DNA of 64,000 bases from Felis catus. Lineage: Eukaryota. Below, piece after piece: positions 60,864-64,000 of the stretch (positions within the stretch are counted from its first letter, which is position 1; every line of letters begins with the position of its first letter). The notes below the pieces were generated by a model. That model did no database searches. It was not told the origin of the DNA and worked only from the letters and a program-made list of their open reading frames with translations. The stretch covers positions 80,354,001 through 80,418,000 of the forward strand of contig NC_058368.1 in assembly GCF_018350175.1 (NCBI RefSeq), given 5' to 3'. The position numbers were made by a program, and so were the translations under genes.

Positions 60864-61394
60864 CAATTCTCAATCGGCTTTTCCTTTTCTTCTGTTACCA
60901 ATACCTCATCTCCATGGTCCTGACGGGGGCGGGGGTGTTCTGCCCCTGAGGGATGGTTGTGGATGCCTGTGGGGGCACTTTGCTCATCTCAGTGGATGCC
61001 AGCACCTCGGTATTTAGCAGGCAAGGGCAGGGATGGTAAGGGTTCCACAAAGTGCAGGCACTCCCACATAATAAGCGCCTCCTGCACCTTCGCGGAAAAT
61101 GGTCTTACTACGTGGTTGTCATTATCTGAGCCTAGAATGTAAGTGCTACCATACAGGTGCCGAGCCAGACCGCCGCAGAGATGTGTCACCCCTGCCCCTG
61201 TGGGTGGCAGTCGGTTCCCTGGGACAGGACGCTGGGAAGGTGGATGGGGGGCTCAGCATACATTTCCCCTTTTCATGTTCTGGAGGGTCCTGGGAGCTGC
61301 CTCGGCATTGGAAGGACCCGCTCTTTGCCTCTCCGCCCACGTGCAAAAGTACTTTTTAAAAAGCTATCATGGTGTCTTGGGAACTTTTGTAATC

Positions 61395-61545
61395 AGACGT
61401 CCCTGGGCTCGAATGCTAGTTCCTCCCCTTTCTTGGGCAAGTTCCTGAACTTCTGGGCCTTGGTTTGTGTGTAAAATGGAAAACGCCTGTTTTACTTGGT
61501 CGTCCAGAAAGTCAAATGAGATAGTGCATGTGCATAAAGCACAGA
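61395..61545 (+). mobile_element. MIR fragment
   Basis: CTTGGGCAAGTTCCTGAACTTCTGGGCCTTGGTTT..TGTAAAATGG. Confidence 0.65.
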
Positions 61546-61663
61546 GACCTGTTTCTGTCCCACTCTGTTCCCTTCCCTCCTCCCTCTTCTCCCTTCTTTC
61601 AGCTGAAGGAACATTCCAGTTTGCTTCCTGTAACTCCACCCTCATTTAAACAAGAGGGGTGTA

Positions 61664-61870
61664 GGGGCACCTGGGTGGCTCAGTCGGTTAAGCGTCTGAC
61701 TTCACCTCAGGTCATGATCTCGCAGTTTGTGAGTTCGAGCCCCGCATCGGGCTCTGTGCTGACAGCTCGGAGCCTGGAACCTGCTTCGGATTCTGTGTCT
61801 CCTTCACTCTGCCCATCTCCCGCTTGTGCTCTGTCTTTCTCAAAAATAAATAAATGTAAAAAAAAAATTT
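61664..61870 (+). mobile_element. SINEC_Fc-type SINE
   Basis: Consensus match. Confidence 0.92.
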
Positions 61871-61884
61871 AAATGAAATAAATG

Positions 61885-62047
61885 CTCATTTATTTTTGAG
61901 AGAGAGAGAGAGAGAGAGTGCACATGAGCAGGGGAGGGGCAGAGAGAGAGGGAGACACAGAATCCGAAGCAGGCTCCAGGCTCCGAGCTGTCAACACAGA
62001 GCCTGACACAGGCCTTGAACCCATGGGCTGAGCCACCCAGGTGTCCC
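61885..62047 (-). mobile_element. SINEC_Fc-type SINE with internal deletion
   Basis: Jumps from GAACCCATG to CTGAGCCACCCAGG. Confidence 0.88.
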
Positions 62048-63809
62048 AAGAGGAGTGTATTTAGTATCAAGAATCTCAAACTGTCCTTGTTTGAAACAAA
62101 CAAAAATCAATAACTGCATGCCTAGCTTTCTGAGCATCTCAGGGGCGTGGGCTGCTTTAAGATTCCAAGGCAAGCCTCTGCCAGGGGCACAGGCACAGAC
62201 CACCCATGCGGTCTTACAGGTAAGAAGACATGCGGTCTTACAGGAAGGCAGGCAGACAGGGTGGCCGTGGCTCCAGAGGCCACGTGAAGCCCTATCCAGC
62301 CCTGGGAAGCCTGCCTGGCAGTGCTGAACTGTGGCTGCCCCAGGACCTGGTGTGGAACCCCAGACCCCAGGAGCAGGCAGGGTGGGCAACGGGCTGACTG
62401 GCTGAGGGCACGCGGCCTGGAGAGGCAGGCTGCTGTCCAGGGGACCTGAGCACGCCTACTGTCACCTGGATTGCCAGGGCTGAACCCTACTGCCCTCCAG
62501 CTTCTGTTACTGAAGGCTTTCCTGAGGCTTCTTCTGGGACAAAGAAGAGAGTGGTGCCCAGAGAAGGAGGACCCTGTGTGGCCAGGGTGTGCAGGGAGCT
62601 GTCACCTCCACTGGGAGTCCTGTCACTAAGAGTCCCCGTCATTACATCAAGCTCTCGAGGGTGACCAGGCAGAATGATTTCCTTCGGGGATGCCCGGAGG
62701 GGTCTGTGTCGACCACAACAAAAGAAAGTCGTGCCAACGACAAGCCCCACGCGTGAGTTTTCCCATTTAAACAATTACTTTTAGGCAGAAGTCGTGATGT
62801 TCTTTCCAAGGAATGGGCTGTACAATGTGGTCCAAACCACAGTAATTTTCCAAGGGAACACTGGACCGTGGTGCTGCCTCGTGGGCCAGGCCTGGCTCAG
62901 ACAGAGAAAGAAGAGAAAATGTGCCGTCAAAGTTAAGCTCTGGCATAGCTCAGAAAAAGTAACCCCGAAGCATGGCTGAGCCTCCGTATTGATTTTCCAG
63001 GGTCTTTCCAGGGAAAGAAGTCGAGGATTGAGGTGTTTTCCCCCAAAATGAGTCAGAGCTCTTGTCTGTCTTTCACATACTTGCTGCCATCACTGGCGGC
63101 CCACGGCACAGGCTGCTGGACATCTCAGTGGAGCATGAGCTAAAGGAATCAGCGGGCAGGACCCATCAGGGTCACAGTCTGGCACAGTGTGCCTGAGAAC
63201 ACAGCTGGGACAGAGGGACATCCCAGTCAAGCACGCCGAGCGTCCTCTCGCAACCAGGGTCCTGGAGACGCTGGGAGAAGTCCTCAGGTGGACAGATGTC
63301 AGCCTGCAAAGCTGGGGTGAGCACTGCCGACTCTCAGTCATGGTGGTGGAAACAGGACGGGGCGAGGGGGGAGCCAACCAAGCTCTGCTCTGCTGTCTTC
63401 TGAGGTCACAGCGTGGAAGCAGGTCACCTGACCCCATGCCCCCGGAAGCCAGGGGCAGTGGTGTCACTACGTTCTTGCCACACGACTGTGAAGAGGGGTG
63501 AAGTGTTCCTCGTCCAGGTGTGAGACCTCTGACATCTGAGCCTTCTCCTCTGCTTTCCTCTGGCCGGAAGCTGGCGTTGACCATTGGGTGACGGCCATGG
63601 CCAGAGCGGAGGGCTGAGCAGTGACTTCCTCCTGCACGGGGCAGAGGAAGGAAAGCTCCGTCCTGGACTGTCCACTTTGAGACTGTTCCACAAGCAGGTA
63701 GTGGATGCATATGGTCTCCAGGTCTTTTTGTTGCAATGGCTTAGCTCCACCCTTACCAAGACAGGCATGGGTGTTCACTCTATTCCCTTATTGCTTAGCA
63801 TGGTACTTT

Positions 63810-64000
63810 ATTTTTAAATGTTTGCTTATTTATCTCAAGAGAGAGAGAATGAGCACACAAGCAGGGGAGGGGCAGAGAGAGATGGAGAATCTCTCCAGAG
63901 AGAGAGAGAATCTCAAGCAGCCTTCACACTGTCAGTGTAGAGCCCTATGCGGGGCTCGAAGTCATGAACCATGAGATCATGACCTGAGCCGAAATCAAGA
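63810..64000 (-). mobile_element. Can-SINE truncated by the window end
   Basis: T tail, GA tract and GAGATCATGACCTGAGCCGAAATCAAGA. Confidence 0.88.

Noticed and set aside
63090..63710. 206-aa minus-strand ORF
   Set aside because: Low-information composition in GC-rich DNA with competing overlapping ORFs and no splice or domain evidence.
1..64000. CRISPR array, operon or novel multi-gene system
   Set aside because: Eukaryotic DNA with one gene. The repeats are dispersed SINEs/LINEs or simple duplications, with no repeat-spacer periodicity.

Overview
Mammalian genomic DNA from a feliform carnivore, judged from the abundant SINEC_Fc-type tRNA-derived Can-SINEs. The species is not determinable by eye. 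The only protein-coding gene is ING1 on the + strand. Its coding exon 1 (111-246) lies in a CpG island and splices to exon 2 (4930-5633), giving an intact 279-aa p33ING1b-type protein with a C-terminal PHD finger and a 3' UTR ending near 6.63 kb. Intron 1 holds a CCAAT/GC-box/ETS-rich internal promoter that is also a frameshifted homologue of the human p47ING1a exon. The remaining ~57 kb appears intergenic and is dominated by nested transposon fossils: about 48 Can-SINEs, young and old L1s, a decayed ERV1-class provirus (RNase H and integrase remnants), MaLR/ERVL LTRs, MIRs, MER58B and a fragmented Charlie-type hAT transposase. I find no evidence of a new multi-gene system. The best leads are ING1 isoform evolution and several atypical retrotransposition products. 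Repeat family names come from recalled consensus sequences, not a database search. Repeat ends are approximate unless a target-site duplication (TSD) is quoted.
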